Shown piece by piece: positions 25,530 through 37,872 of a DNA stretch of 47,201 nucleotides (positions within the stretch are counted from its first letter, which is position 1; each line of letters begins with the position of its first letter). The DNA is taken from positions 1-47,201 of the forward strand of contig JALAGF010004517.1 in assembly GCA_030167865.1 (NCBI GenBank). Reading direction: 5' to 3'. The notes under the pieces are model-generated. The model saw only the letters and a list, made by a program, of their open reading frames with translations, was not told the origin of the DNA and searched no databases. A program made the position numbers and the translations under genes. Origin of the DNA: Craspedostauros australis (Eukaryota).

Positions 25530-28500
25530 ATGGAGGATCGATGGGATCCGTCCCTCCTGTTGGACATGGAGGAGCGGGCATCGTCATTGTCGGCGTTGCC
25601 AGCTTTGCCGACGATGTCGTCATCAATGACATCATCCGCGGCAGCTCGAACAGCGCATGGAGGTGGATCATCCCGTGCGAGGAGGACCATGGGGCGCTCC
25701 GAGAGCCTCAGCCACGTCAACATGCGAAGAAACCGAACGCTCAGGCGATCCAGCACGCTACCACCACGGACAGGACCATCCCATCACGGCGACGCCGCCG
25801 CAGACACGCAAGGGCTGGATTTCCTCATGGAACCTCTGGATCCCTACGCAGGGTCACGCGATGATCCATCCGGATTGCGGAATCTGCGCCGCGAAGAGGA
25901 TGCCTTCGCTGCACAATGGGACTCAATGTTCGAGGGCGACAACTTGGATGGCAAGGCGGATCTGTCACGATCGAACACAACCAGCAACGGCTCCTCAACG
26001 GCACTGAGGGGTCCACCGAAGGCCAATCGGTTCAGACGATCGCACTCAATTACTGTCATGTCCTCTTCCAGAAGCAGCCTGGTGCCGCCGCAACTACCGA
26101 CGCCACCGCCACCACCGCGTCTCCCTCGCAGGCAACGCATCAATTCACGAACCTCTTCCGAGGGTGCCGTGCGGTCGCTTCAACCCGACATCAACGCATC
26201 GTTTGATCCTGAGAACCTCAATCCGAACCTGCAGTCGCCCTTGCAGAGTCTGGTGTCGCCGAAGCGATCGGCATGCGATAGCGATGACATGTCGCGAGGT
26301 GCGAAGAAGGTGCGATCCTCGCTTGAAATCACGCAGCCACTGCCATCGCTTGACATCAAGACACGGCCACACAAGACACCGTCCTCGTCGTTGGTACCAT
26401 CCCTATCTCCTCTTTCGGAGACCATGCATGATGCTTCAACCGACAACCACGAACTCAACCACGAAAATCCCAATCGCACCGTCAACGCCGCCATCGACAC
26501 CGCCATCGACACGATCACGCCGATGGTAACAAAGTCATCCAAGGCCAAGGCGTCACAGAAATGGTCGGCAGCATTCGACGGTACATTTTGCGAACAGGGT
26601 GACGGTGTCTATCGACCCTCCCTTCAGCTTTCGTCTCCCGACTTCCAGCCATCATCAGCCAAGAAATTTGGCTATGCGTGCACGTCGCCCTTCGCAAGCC
26701 CGTCCCTTTCGCTCACATCTCCCGGCAGCTACAGACAATCCACGTCCTTCGGAACACCTGGCATCAATGGCGATGAAGACGAAGACTTCGACCAAGATAG
26801 CATCAACATCAGTATCAACACCAATGGCAACAATGAGAGCAACAATGACAACGACGGCGGCGAAGATCGCGATGCTGACGGCCACCACGACGACATGAGC
26901 CACGGGTTCGACGATGAGATCGACGACGGCACCGACCTTGATGGCCGTATTCGGAAGCTACAGGATGATGCCACGAGTAGGAAGAGTATGAATCTCTTCC
27001 ACCCTGGCAGCATTGGCGACGGCGGCGGCTTCCATTCTCACTCTCGTACAGACACCCTTCAGCAAACTACGAGTACGCACGCGCCGATTGGCGATGCGCA
27101 CGGAGCCAAACACGCGATGCATCACGGCCCCGAAGCGTATGAAGACGGCGGGCCGATCACTTCTCAGCACTTGCTCAACTCAATGACGTCCTCCAAGGAC
27201 TTGAAGTTCCTCGCTCGTTCCATGCGGATCGCCAGCAAGCAAATCGGCACTGACAGTTGGTGGATCGTGCCCAAAAGCACGTGGGACAAGGAACGGCGTT
27301 TCAAATTCATGCAATGGACAGAATCAATCGGGTTCAGCCTTCGCAGCTCGGGCGGTGCCAGCCCCTTCCTACAAATCTCAAAGCGAAAGGGACAGCTGTT
27401 GCTGCCAGTGCTGGAGGCTGCACACCAAGCTTGCAAGGAAGGGAAGGCGCGCGACCATAAGCAGTCCAACGACGGTCTCCACCAAGGCCACACACCCCTT
27501 CTTCGCTCCGCTGTACCGCATCGCAGCGTCCAAAGGCCAACTCCCATGATCATATCGCCAGCTCATCACTTCTCCGCTACCAAGACGCCTCTGTACAGTG
27601 CCACACGCAACATCGCATTCGATTCCTCCAACCATCGACAGAGGAACATGTCCGCCAGCAGAACTCCGCATGGCCATCGCGACGATGATCCAATGACGAG
27701 GGACTTGGTCGGCAAGATGAAAGGCCTGCAAATGAAGGACACCCCAATCCCCGAACAGGCCGAGCACAACGTCGCATCCATACCTCGTCCATTGATGAAC
27801 GCCACACCTCGTCGTGGATTCCCTTCCATCTCCAAGGCCCCATCCATAGATGAAGACAACTTCGTGTTTGAGTATGACGACGGACACGAATGTTCCAGAC
27901 CATCCCTCGAGCACCACACCAACTCGCAGGACTTCATGGATCACTTGCATGGACACACGCCGATGCGCTGCCGCCTCAGCATCGGCAGCACACCTGGCAG
28001 GCCACCGTTGTTCGGCGCAGGTGGAGGTGGAGGTGGAGGTGGTGCCAGCATGCCAACACCATCGGCGCGCACGCCGCGAGGAACCTTCGAACCGAACTCA
28101 CCGCACCCATCCTTGAGGTTTCAGGATCCCGCACGCAAACCACAACCGATGATCCTCGGAACTCCTGTCGTCAAGTGCTTCGATCAGTCTTGGGGGTCCA
28201 AACCCATCAATGGACGTGATTGGGGGGCCTCAGACGCATGTTCCGACGAAATCATCGCCAAACTCGACGAGAGCTTCACGAAGGCGTTGGCAGAGGCAGG
28301 CATCACGGAGGAAGACATGACCGAAGATGACCAACCGATGGTCTTCGACGACCGCCCAGGCACCTGCCAGTCCGCCATCGATCTGTGCTCCGATCTTGAC
28401 CTGGAGCAAAACGTGATCGAATTGCCATCGTTGGAATCCATGGACGATAACGTCACACCCAAGGAGGCCCAGGCAGACGCGTCACGGGACGCGGAGAAGC

Positions 28501-31112
28501 CACCTCGCTGGATGACGAAGCTCGAACCATGGAACGCATCCATTACGCCACGACCACCAAAGCTACCACCTCGACGGCAGACCAACCTTGGCCCGCCGCT
28601 CGTTCCAGGCCGACCTCGAGTTGGAAGCAGCATTGGACACCCAGCGGCGGCTGTGGCTGCCTCAGTCGCCACGCCCAGGCTCTCCATGACCACTGCCGAT
28701 TCCCGACGTCTACGTGACCGTCGCCAAAGCTCTGTGGCAAAGCGCAAGCGCGTCTCGCTGGTGGCCTCCATGGCCAGGCGTCACCTGCAATCCATGGGCA
28801 TTTCGCAAGGCCTCTTCGCCGACAGATCACGCGCAAACAACAATTCCAAGCTCCCACCAACCGTGCTGCCAACAACGCAATTCTTCAACAAGAAGGCAGA
28901 GCAAGACGAGAACATCTCGAAGGCGGTGGAGGATGTTTTTGACCAGGACCGCATCCTGCGCCTCATCTTCCAGTACTTGCCCTCACATGACCTGATCCAC
29001 ACCACTTCGCTTGTGTCCACGTACTGGGCCGACACCACCACACTCGTTCAAGCCGATATCGCCCAGCAGAGTGTCTGTGATGATTACGCGAGTTCTTGTC
29101 GAGACGTTTCCGAACAGGACAGTGATGACGAAGACGACGACGAGTCTGATGATGAAGACGATTCATACTGCAACAGTGACAGCAGCGACAGATGTGGCTC
29201 TCGAGTCGGAAGCCGAAGGAGGCTAGAGCCTGCCAAGAAATGGAGTGATCTGACCACGACGCTCCCCTGGGCATGCTTCCTTGGCGAAGGAGGATTCAAG
29301 AGGGTGTACAAGGCCTTCAACAGGAAAACATCATGCATTGAGGCAGTTTCAGTCATGTACGTACGAGTCATCACACAGCGCTCTGCATGAACGAATGGCA
29401 CCTCGCGTGACCAATTCTTCGACTTCAACACCATTAGCGATCGATGGCGAGAATGAGAGCTTGTGCTGTCAGCGGTATTGACGATGCTGGCCCTGGCATG
29501 ACACTCGATCTTGAAGCACTATTGCCATATTCCTACCACATTTATTGTTCATTCGTACAGGCTGTGGCATTCAATGATCTGACAACGCCTTTCTCACTCT
29601 CTTTGATACGCATTCACCAATGTACTACCAAAACCAATACCAATTCCAACAATTTACCATCCTCTCACCTTTCGCAAAACATCTCCTCGCAACTTACTGA
29701 TCCGACCAATCAACAGGGACCTCGACGGCATCGGATGCACGAAGGCCGTCAGAGCAGAATTGGCAATCTCAGTGATGCTCAGCTCCCTCGTTCATCGTGG
29801 ATTGTGCCCCAACTTTGTGCGCACGTACGAGATCTTCGGTTGTTCGCAGGAACCACCGGAATCGTCATGGGGTTCATCCCACAATAAGTACCCCAATGGA
29901 CGGTCCTATTCCCCGCATGCAATCGCAAACGCAACCGCCGCTGCGGGTGCGATTATGAACACAACTCCAGAAGACAAGCAGCAGCAGCAGCAGCGACAAC
30001 AGGGACAACAAGTAGGAAGCGGCTGCGAGCAGTTTCAGTACATGCGCATGGAGCTGTGCAATGAGGGGGATGCAGAGGAATTCCTGAAAAGACAGCCGCT
30101 CGAGGAGATCGAGGGCAACCAGGCCAGGCAAATCGTATTCCAAATCGCCTTTGCCCTTCATACGGCAGCAGAGAGATTCAGCCTGAAGCACTACGATCTG
30201 AAGCTCCTCAACGTTTTCATGCATCGATTGCCCGTGAAGGATCAAGGAGACTATGTGCTCCGGTACGGCGTTGGTTCTCACACATTCGCTCTGAGGATGC
30301 CATCCCAGCACGGTGTGATCGCCAAGCTTGCAGATTATGGCACGGCCAACACCGACCCATCGACCGTCGGTCAACCCGTGACGTTGGCCCAGTTCACGAC
30401 GCTCGAAAACTCCCCTCCAGAATTCCTCATGAGCGGCAACAAATCGTACCAAGGACATGGGCACGACAACTTCAACATCGGCCTTTGCATGCTGCATCTG
30501 TTCACCGGCCATGCCCCGTACGAGGAGATCATGGAGAACGTCGTCTGCCCGACCTTGCTGAAGCGCAGACTGCGACAAATCTGGGAGAAGCGCACCAAGT
30601 CCGACTATTCCATCGTGCGTGAGATCATCTTTTCTGATGTGTATGAAGATAGCAGAGGTCGGATCGAGGAGGGCGAGCGCGACGAGATTCTGTACGACAC
30701 GTTGTATCGATACTTGGTCCTCTTTGGGGTGCCAGACCGCGCTCCCGGCAAGACCAGCAGCAAGGTCTGGAACGCCCTCGTGGAGTGTCTTCTCACCGGC
30801 AAGCGAGAAGGACGGACCAGAGCGAATCTCGCCAACGACTCGGCAATCTTCGAGTGCCATCGCAACGAGTATTCGCTGTCGCACGGAACCAACGAACACA
30901 TCCGGAAGGCCCGGCAGAAGCTCGAAAAGCTCGAAGGTGGTATGGAGGTGTTGGTTGGTTTGACGTCGTTCGACCCCACACAGAGAGCATCTGCACTTGA
31001 CGTTCTGAATTCCAAATTCATGGAGCCGTTGCGAGAGCAAGTCAAGGGTGGCCAATGCTACGCTCCGAACGATGATGTGCGGTCGTACAGCGTCGCTCAG
31101 ATATCAACCTAG
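25530..31112 (+). CDS. Large protein (~1740 aa): long disordered S/P-rich N-terminus, F-box-like motif, acidic linker and C-terminal atypical protein kinase; exons 25530-29356 and 29717-31112
   Basis: Donor GTACGT at 29357 and acceptor CAACAG ending at 29716 join AT+G. Kinase motifs GEGGFKRVY, CPNFV, MELCNEGD, HYDLKLLN, ADYG, NSPPE and RASALDVL. Confidence 0.88.
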
Positions 31113-31506
31113 AGTGCAACCGAGAGCGAGACACAGAGAGGTACACCAGCCAGTGCGAATGGTGATTGTGAAGAGCAACACTTCCACCGATTTCAGACTC
31201 AACGACGCGGTGCTTTAGATGTGTGAATCCCACGATAGATGTGGGGACACAGACGTCTGTCACAAATGTTTGATCCTGATTCTTTCATGGAGCAACTCCA
31301 AATGAGGCATGCGTTCCAGCATCTGGCACGAAGGCATGTTGTACTGCACTCGGTTAACATCATCTCGACAATATAGAAGAAACATCACCTGCCATTGGCA
31401 CCCTCTATGTTGTTAGCATTCGCATTTGCGATGGCTCTATGTTGCCAATGGATATGGTACACTATTTATTCGACGTTTTCTCGGCTCACCTCTTCTCACC
31501 TCTCAC

Positions 31507-33042
31507 CTAAGTGACACGAAGACAACCTGGACAGTTGTGCAAAGTTTCATGTAAGAAGCTATCGCAGTCCACGCAGAAGATGCTCTTGCAATCGGGACAT
31601 TGGAATCGGAGGACCGACTCCTCTTCTCCTTTTGCGTTGCTGCCGCCGCGAGCAGGGGCTGTCCGTGCATTGCGCTCGACGGTCGAATGGCCGATCATCC
31701 TCATGCAAGCAAAGCACGCGAAGGCTTCATCCGCGGAGGATGTCAGCAGCTTGGGATCCAACATGACGCGTCGCCGCCTCCCCCGGCTTTTGCCTGGCTT
31801 GAGGAGATCGATGCCGCTGGAAGGCGCGCCGATAGCCTTGGAGGAGGATGACGTCGCGCCATCCACCGAACCGCCTTCTTGATTGGCATCATCTCTGACC
31901 TCAACGAAGGGCGACACAGGGAACAGATGATGGAACGACCTCGCCAGATGCGGCGACAGCACCAGCTTCAACCCGCACACAACGCAATCGGTCGGGAGCT
32001 CGGAGACCTTAGCCTGGCACTGGGGACACGTGTAGGAGGTCCTTGCGAGGAGCTTGGTTTCGCGCGTGGCATGCACCAACGTGGGGATGTCCGCCTTGGT
32101 CCTCGTGGGGAAGCCCATCTGCACCATCTCGCAGCCGGCAAGGTGACGGTCCATGTGCTCCTTGCGCAACGACGGCGGCGGGACGCACTGCGCCATGAGC
32201 CAATCCCTGAGGTGCTGGCGATCCAACGCGACGCCCAGAACACCTCCCGTCTCCTCGGCAATCTTGCGACAGACGTGCATCTCGGCGGCCATGGCCATGG
32301 TGGAAACGCGGATCCGGGCGGCCTTGAGACGCGCGAGGGTCTCCGTGAGGACGTTGCCCGGATCGCAGGTGGACAGCGCCCCGCAAACGATGACGATCTC
32401 CCTCGAGCCGTGCCTCGGCTGGTGGCCCAGGGACCGCCCAGCGACCTCCAACCCGTTCTGAAGCGAGAACTCGCCACCGCGCTGGTTGTGACCGCTGGAG
32501 GCGAGATCGGATGCGTTGGCCAAGGCGAGCTTATGAGTGTTGCTGCTGGAGGAGAGCTGGGTGAGGATCTCTGCCTCCCCGTGGCGCACCAGCACGAAGC
32601 CGAGATGCGACAGCGGGTTCTGATCGTAGAACTCCTGGACGAACTCATGCAGCATCTGATTCATGGCGTCCATCCGCGTGCCCGGTCCCAGAGCCGGATC
32701 CTTGACGCCGACCACCCAGCGGCTGCAATCCATGACGACATAGAGGTAGCGGATCATGTCTCGCACCACGCGACGGTTCTTCTGGGCGTAATCGTTCATC
32801 TCCAGACGCTTCTTGCGTTTGCGGACCATGTCCGCGCGGGAGTCCCCTCCTGCGACGATGATGTTGCCATCGGCATCCTCCCGCACGGCCGTCTCCCACG
32901 TCTGCTTGCCTGTGGCTTCCCAGGAATGCCCGGCTGCTCCGTTGGCATCGCCGCCTGCTGCTGCCTTGGCCTGTGCTCCTGAAGCACCAGCGGAGGACGA
33001 CGTTGCGGCCGCGTCCGATGAGCTTGAGGCTGACTGCGCCAT
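31507..33042 (-). CDS. GTF2H2: General transcription factor IIH subunit 2 (p44/Ssl1), intronless
   Basis: Motifs MIRYLYVVMDCS, EFYDQNPLSHLG, SLQNGLEVA, SREIV, LSTCDPG, MGFP, YTCPQC...LPTDCVVCGLKLVLSPHLARSFHHLFP, and C-terminal CFAC...CPDC..FCVDCD..HETLHNCPGC. Confidence 0.96.
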   Translation of the reverse strand: MAQSASSSSDAAATSSSAGASGAQAKAAAGGDANGAAGHSWEATGKQTWETAVREDADGNIIVAGGDSRADMVRKRKKRLEMNDYAQKNRRVVRDMIRYLYVVMDCSRWVVGVKDPALGPGTRMDAMNQMLHEFVQEFYDQNPLSHLGFVLVRHGEAEILTQLSSSSNTHKLALANASDLASSGHNQRGGEFSLQNGLEVAGRSLGHQPRHGSREIVIVCGALSTCDPGNVLTETLARLKAARIRVSTMAMAAEMHVCRKIAEETGGVLGVALDRQHLRDWLMAQCVPPPSLRKEHMDRHLAGCEMVQMGFPTRTKADIPTLVHATRETKLLARTSYTCPQCQAKVSELPTDCVVCGLKLVLSPHLARSFHHLFPVSPFVEVRDDANQEGGSVDGATSSSSKAIGAPSSGIDLLKPGKSRGRRRRVMLDPKLLTSSADEAFACFACMRMIGHSTVERNARTAPARGGSNAKGEEESVLRFQCPDCKSIFCVDCDSFLHETLHNCPGCLRVT

Positions 33043-33062
33043 GCTTCGCTCGTTCCCACTTT

Positions 33063-33069
<7 letters not shown>

Positions 33070-33107
<38 letters not shown>
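33070..33107. repeat. Compound (CT)n(AT)n microsatellite just upstream of the GTF2H2 start
   Basis: Read directly from the sequence; followed by degenerate CTACT repeats to about 33260. Confidence 0.9.
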
Positions 33108-35896
33108 GATCTCTTTGTTGTGAATATTGGAAGGCAACAGAGGACGCTGCTCCAGTTGTAGTCTTACGTACGACTTATTTAGTCCAAGTATGTTACTCTA
33201 TTCCACTCTACTCCACTCTACTCCACTCTTATCTACTCTTATCTACTCTTATCTACTCTCTCACACCACTAACATATGCTTGATTACAGCATGCCATGCC
33301 AAGTCGCAGATCTCCAACAACACCGCTTGTGTCCACACGCATGAAGGTGGGAGATGAACACAAAGATCGAGGTTGTTGATGGCACCATGTTTCGGTGTTT
33401 GTTGCGTCGTCAAAATGAATCCAGTCTTGTCAGCAATCTCCAATCGTGCATCACCAACCCATCTGCCTTCTCAAGTGAAGGAGAGGCGCACGGCAAAGTC
33501 AAGCAGAGGACAATGCTCATGATCCACTATATTACTATACTGCAAGTCTGTAAACGTATAGGCATGATGTCTTTGCTCTTATCATCCAGACTGCTCGTGG
33601 ACTCTATTTATTCCTCTACATGCTCTAAGTCTATGCCACTGTTTTCATTATACTCCATTCCATTCTATCTCTTGCCGCATCATCGTCATCCATTACAATG
33701 AGTATGCACATGCTGTCGCGGTTGAAGCATTCGTCGTCTGTGTTACCATGCAAAGGATACGATGGGGAATGTGTGGGAAATACGGAAGTGCAGAGATGCA
33801 ATGGCGATAGGTACGTATTGGTGAGGCAATCAGACTTTCGTTGTGCAACTTTCCCTGATTCTGTGGGCGATACACAACTGCGATATCTTGCGGACGCACG
33901 AGACAGATGCTCAAGCGCATGAACATGCTCGTACACATCAACGTCGCCAACCAACCGGCAACCTTCGTCCGTTTCACGTTGATATCATCGATCTGTGTTG
34001 GCCCATTTTGGTCCAAGATCTAGCATATTAGAGGTGTCAGATGTTGTGAAAAATAAGTTGAATCGTCCTTCGAAGGTTGCTGCTGCGGGGGAGTGGTGAC
34101 AGTGATGGCAATGATCATTAATGGAGGTGATGCAATACAAGGATGCTCAATGGCTTGGGTACGGCCGTTCCATGCGCACTGACAGCTTGTACTCATTGAA
34201 ACGCACTTACGTACGTACCTACCTTTCAGCCTCCTGACGTTCATGCAGGTTGCTCAACTCTACTCTACTCAACTCGTGTCTGGTTGCATGCGCATATCTT
34301 CCCATCATGACGGCTGCGCGTGTGCAATGGAGGAAGGACGAAAGGAGCACACATACCGTCAACGGTCGACCGTCAATGCCCAGCCCATGGACCGTTGGAA
34401 AGGGTTGAGGAGTTTCCATGGACAAGGAAGCACGTCAGCAAGAGAGAAGATCCAGGATGGCACCACAAAAGGGAACGTGAACATGGCGGTGTGAGCTATT
34501 GTGCGAATTCATTTGACATCTGAATGTTGCGCGAGCGCGGCTGCACAGTATGGTAGAGTGCAGTCTTTCCCGACCAATCGATGGATCGAAAGATCGAGAC
34601 GAGCTTGATGAAATGGCGGATCATGCTTTCATAATCAGGTGTTAGTTAGTGACTCCGTTGATATCATTGTCGGGATGAATCCCCGCAGTTCGGGGTCCAT
34701 TTTGGATGCCCTTCGAAAGGCGAGGAGACGCCAACAGAATCAGAAGACCGTCGTGATTGGTAAAGTATTGGAGTAGATAATGTCATCCTCAAAAGATGAT
34801 CGCCGTTTCGTTCGTTTGGATGCAATTCACACCTGGCAAAGACGAGCGCATGTGTGTGCGTGGATGCCTTCCAGGATGCGCTCTGCGATCCCAAATCCAT
34901 CATCGTTGTCATCATTGTCGTACCTTGCTCTCTCTCTCTCTCTCTCTTTGCTGCTCATGGTCTGCCATCGCAACGCATGACAGCCTATAGTACTAAGGTT
35001 GATACTCGCAAGCCGAGCCGTGCTGAGCTGAGCTATGCTATGCTATGCGTTGTCTTTTGGCATGGTGAGTGTTTGTGCTCATGCAGATGCAATCAGGCGT
35101 TCACTGGCTGCCATTGACCATCATCAATTGGCCATCGGTGGGTGGCGTTGGGCGTTTGATGATGTGCCATCAGAGTTTGTGATGATGTCGGTTGGCATCA
35201 GGTCTGCGGAGTGCCTGGATCCTGCCTTTGGATCAACGATGACAAAGTACAAACACAACCAGGTAACAACGCGAGACGGACGCAACGCCGAGATGGGTTG
35301 ACTGGTTGGTTGGTTGTCGTCAAAAGGTAGCAGTCGCGCTAGTCCGCTTCATTGACTCCTTCGATTTCCGTTCGCTTCTGCTCTTATCCACGTTTCGATG
35401 GCTTCTAACGATAATAGGCATGTTAGACGCAAACTGTACGGTTATGACCCACGCACGACTATGTATGCGATGGGAGAGCAGATGTATGGTACGGCTGCTC
35501 GTCGCGCTCTTTGCAACTCAATGCAATACGGAGGAAGAATTGCGCACACAGAAAGGACAATTGCGACGTTGATTCAGCTCGCGACAAGAGGCCTTTGGTC
35601 TTCCTTGAATGACACTGTGGATGCCAACATACTCGTACTCGTCTGTGGTCTTCTAATTCATTGGATGGTGCTACATTGCGTTGTTCTTTGCTGCCAATAG
35701 AGAGTGCTACGGGTGCATGAAGGGATGCCTCATGTGACTACAGTCGTACTTGTTCGTGTTCGTGTTCGTGTGCTTCGACCTGTCCATGTCCAAGGAAATA
35801 TCGGATTGTACAAGTTTGGGGACGAGTATGGTACGTACAGTGCGTGGTACCAATACTCCGCTAGCATACTATTCGTACTCTCGAGTAGTTCCGACA

Positions 35897-37219
35897 TCAC
35901 CCGTCGATGTAATCAATGTCATCAAAGTCTACATGCCGATCTCGGAACGTCGCGTCGTAGCCTTCGTCGTCGCTGTCGGCGCCCCAGTCGTCGTCAGGGT
36001 AGTCGTTGCCACCGTATTGCTCGCAATTGCTGTCGACTTCATCCTCATCGTCATCGTCGCTGTCGTTGGGGTCCCAGAAGTTGCCATCGTCTGTGGCCGG
36101 CGCTTCCAAGATCAGCTCGCCATCCTGCGTCCAATAGCCGACACCACCCTTCAGCTCCACAGTAAGGGACTTGTGAAGGCCACTGGCATTTGCGGAAGAT
36201 GGCACCATGCTCCTTGCAGAATCGAATGCTCCATTCGTCGTCGCGGATTGAGTTCCGTTGTCGGCAGGGCTGCCCTCGGCATCTTCTCCCTGTCCTTCTT
36301 GCAGATCGATGGCTTCCAAATCGTACACATCATAGACGTAGTTGAATGCGTCACCGCCGAACGCTTCCAGCACCTCGCAGATCGCACCGTGCCCGGACAT
36401 TTCCGACAATTCATACGGTGTGCGACCGTCACCATCCAACGCGCTCGCCATCGTGGACAGCATGGGAGATCGGCACAGATCGCTGGCGGTGTCGACGTCA
36501 TTCCACAGGGCGCACGCGTGCAGGAGATTGCCGCCGGAGGAGTGGCACCACGACAGCCATTTCTGCGCATGCGTCGCCAGCACGGAATCCGTCGTGATCA
36601 TGCGGAAATGATCCTGGACACGCTGCTCGCCGCTGTGCACTCGTTGCAGGCTGTCATCGACCATGCGCGTCAACGGATCCAACACCTTGATGGCTCTCTT
36701 CTTTTGCTGCTTCTTTCGCTTCATCTCCTCATCTTCCAGGATGCCCACGTTGGTTTCCAGCACGGTCAGCTTGGGTCGCTTCGTGCTGCGCTGGTTGTCA
36801 TCGGCGTGCCCATTCGCATCCGCATTCGTAGCATTCGCAGCGCCATGACCATTGCGAAGAACCACAGCGTCTGCGGCTGATGCGGCGCTCGCAACGGTCT
36901 CGAGCTTCGCATCGACGATCTTGTAGGAGTGCGTCCGATCCGATTGCACCTTGCGTCGTTTCCACATCGCGCACGTCTTCCGCTTTCGTTGGACGGGCTG
37001 CGTTTGCGTTTGCAGTTGCGTTTGCATCGCGTCCTTTCCTTGCGCCTGTTGGATGCTGGCAGCCTGGGACAACATGGAGGAAAGCTGACCAACCTTCGAA
37101 GTGGATTGCGCTTGAGCCTTCCCCAACCCCTCCAACCGGATGAACGGCAATGGCTGTTCATTGCGTCGTCGCTTTATTCTGAGGACGGTGCGCTGGCTCC
37201 CTCCATTATTGGAATTCAT
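35897..37219 (-). CDS. IWR1: Iwr1/SLC7A6OS-like RNA polymerase II nuclear import factor with inserted ankyrin-like repeats
   Basis: N-terminal VLRIKRRRNEQP, YVYDVYDL and C-terminal EDEVDSNCEQYGGNDYPDD (Iwr1 signature). Ankyrin-like segments GGNLLHACALWND and DGDGRTPYELSEMSGHGAICEVL. Confidence 0.8.
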   Translation of the reverse strand: MNSNNGGSQRTVLRIKRRRNEQPLPFIRLEGLGKAQAQSTSKVGQLSSMLSQAASIQQAQGKDAMQTQLQTQTQPVQRKRKTCAMWKRRKVQSDRTHSYKIVDAKLETVASAASAADAVVLRNGHGAANATNADANGHADDNQRSTKRPKLTVLETNVGILEDEEMKRKKQQKKRAIKVLDPLTRMVDDSLQRVHSGEQRVQDHFRMITTDSVLATHAQKWLSWCHSSGGNLLHACALWNDVDTASDLCRSPMLSTMASALDGDGRTPYELSEMSGHGAICEVLEAFGGDAFNYVYDVYDLEAIDLQEGQGEDAEGSPADNGTQSATTNGAFDSARSMVPSSANASGLHKSLTVELKGGVGYWTQDGELILEAPATDDGNFWDPNDSDDDDEDEVDSNCEQYGGNDYPDDDWGADSDDEGYDATFRDRHVDFDDIDYIDG

Positions 37220-37872
37220 TGTATGCTATGGTATGCTATGGTATGCTTTGCACTCCTCAAATGTGCAAGTGCAATAGAGGATGACGACGTTGCCGATGCA
37301 GCAGTACTCTAGAGTATGGGTATAGTAGAACACTCCTGAGGGTCTTCTTCTCGAATATTAGTCTCGTGCTCTCTCTACTCGGACCCCCACGTTGATGGTG
37401 AATGCTGCTCGTAATTGTGGAGAGGGACTCCTGATGTTCGGAACAGCGTATAGAGGTAGATGTAGCAACAGCAACAGAAGGAGTGATAGGTCCCTTTTCG
37501 TTCCTTGGGTCTTTGTGTTTGTGTTTATGTTTGTGGTTCGGCGCGATTTGTTGATCGTTCCCTCACTTTTCGTTTTTCGTCATTGTTTCTGTTCTGGTTC
37601 TCAGATTGGGTGGCCATCAGTCTCATTCATCGCACGTTTCACAACTGTCACGACTGGACCCGGCAAATGTCACCCACACTGACACCCCCCACCGCCATGG
37701 AAAGCCATTCATCAGGCTCTGTTTGCATGCACGCAAGCCACAAGGTTCCAAGCAAGAGCACTGATTGAACTCTACTTCAACGAAGAGTACGGCGTGGTGA
37801 TAAGTCTCGCGGAGTGAATTCTGTGTTTCGAGCACAGTTATTCGTATGGTTAATTTTGGAACCTCAATGACC

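Noticed and set aside
29874-32982. Long antisense ORFs over the kinase exon and GTF2H2
   Set aside because: The opposite strands carry clear conserved motifs, and GC-rich coding DNA commonly yields such shadows.
35750-36880. 376-aa plus-strand ORF
   Set aside because: Antisense shadow of the acidic Iwr1-like gene.
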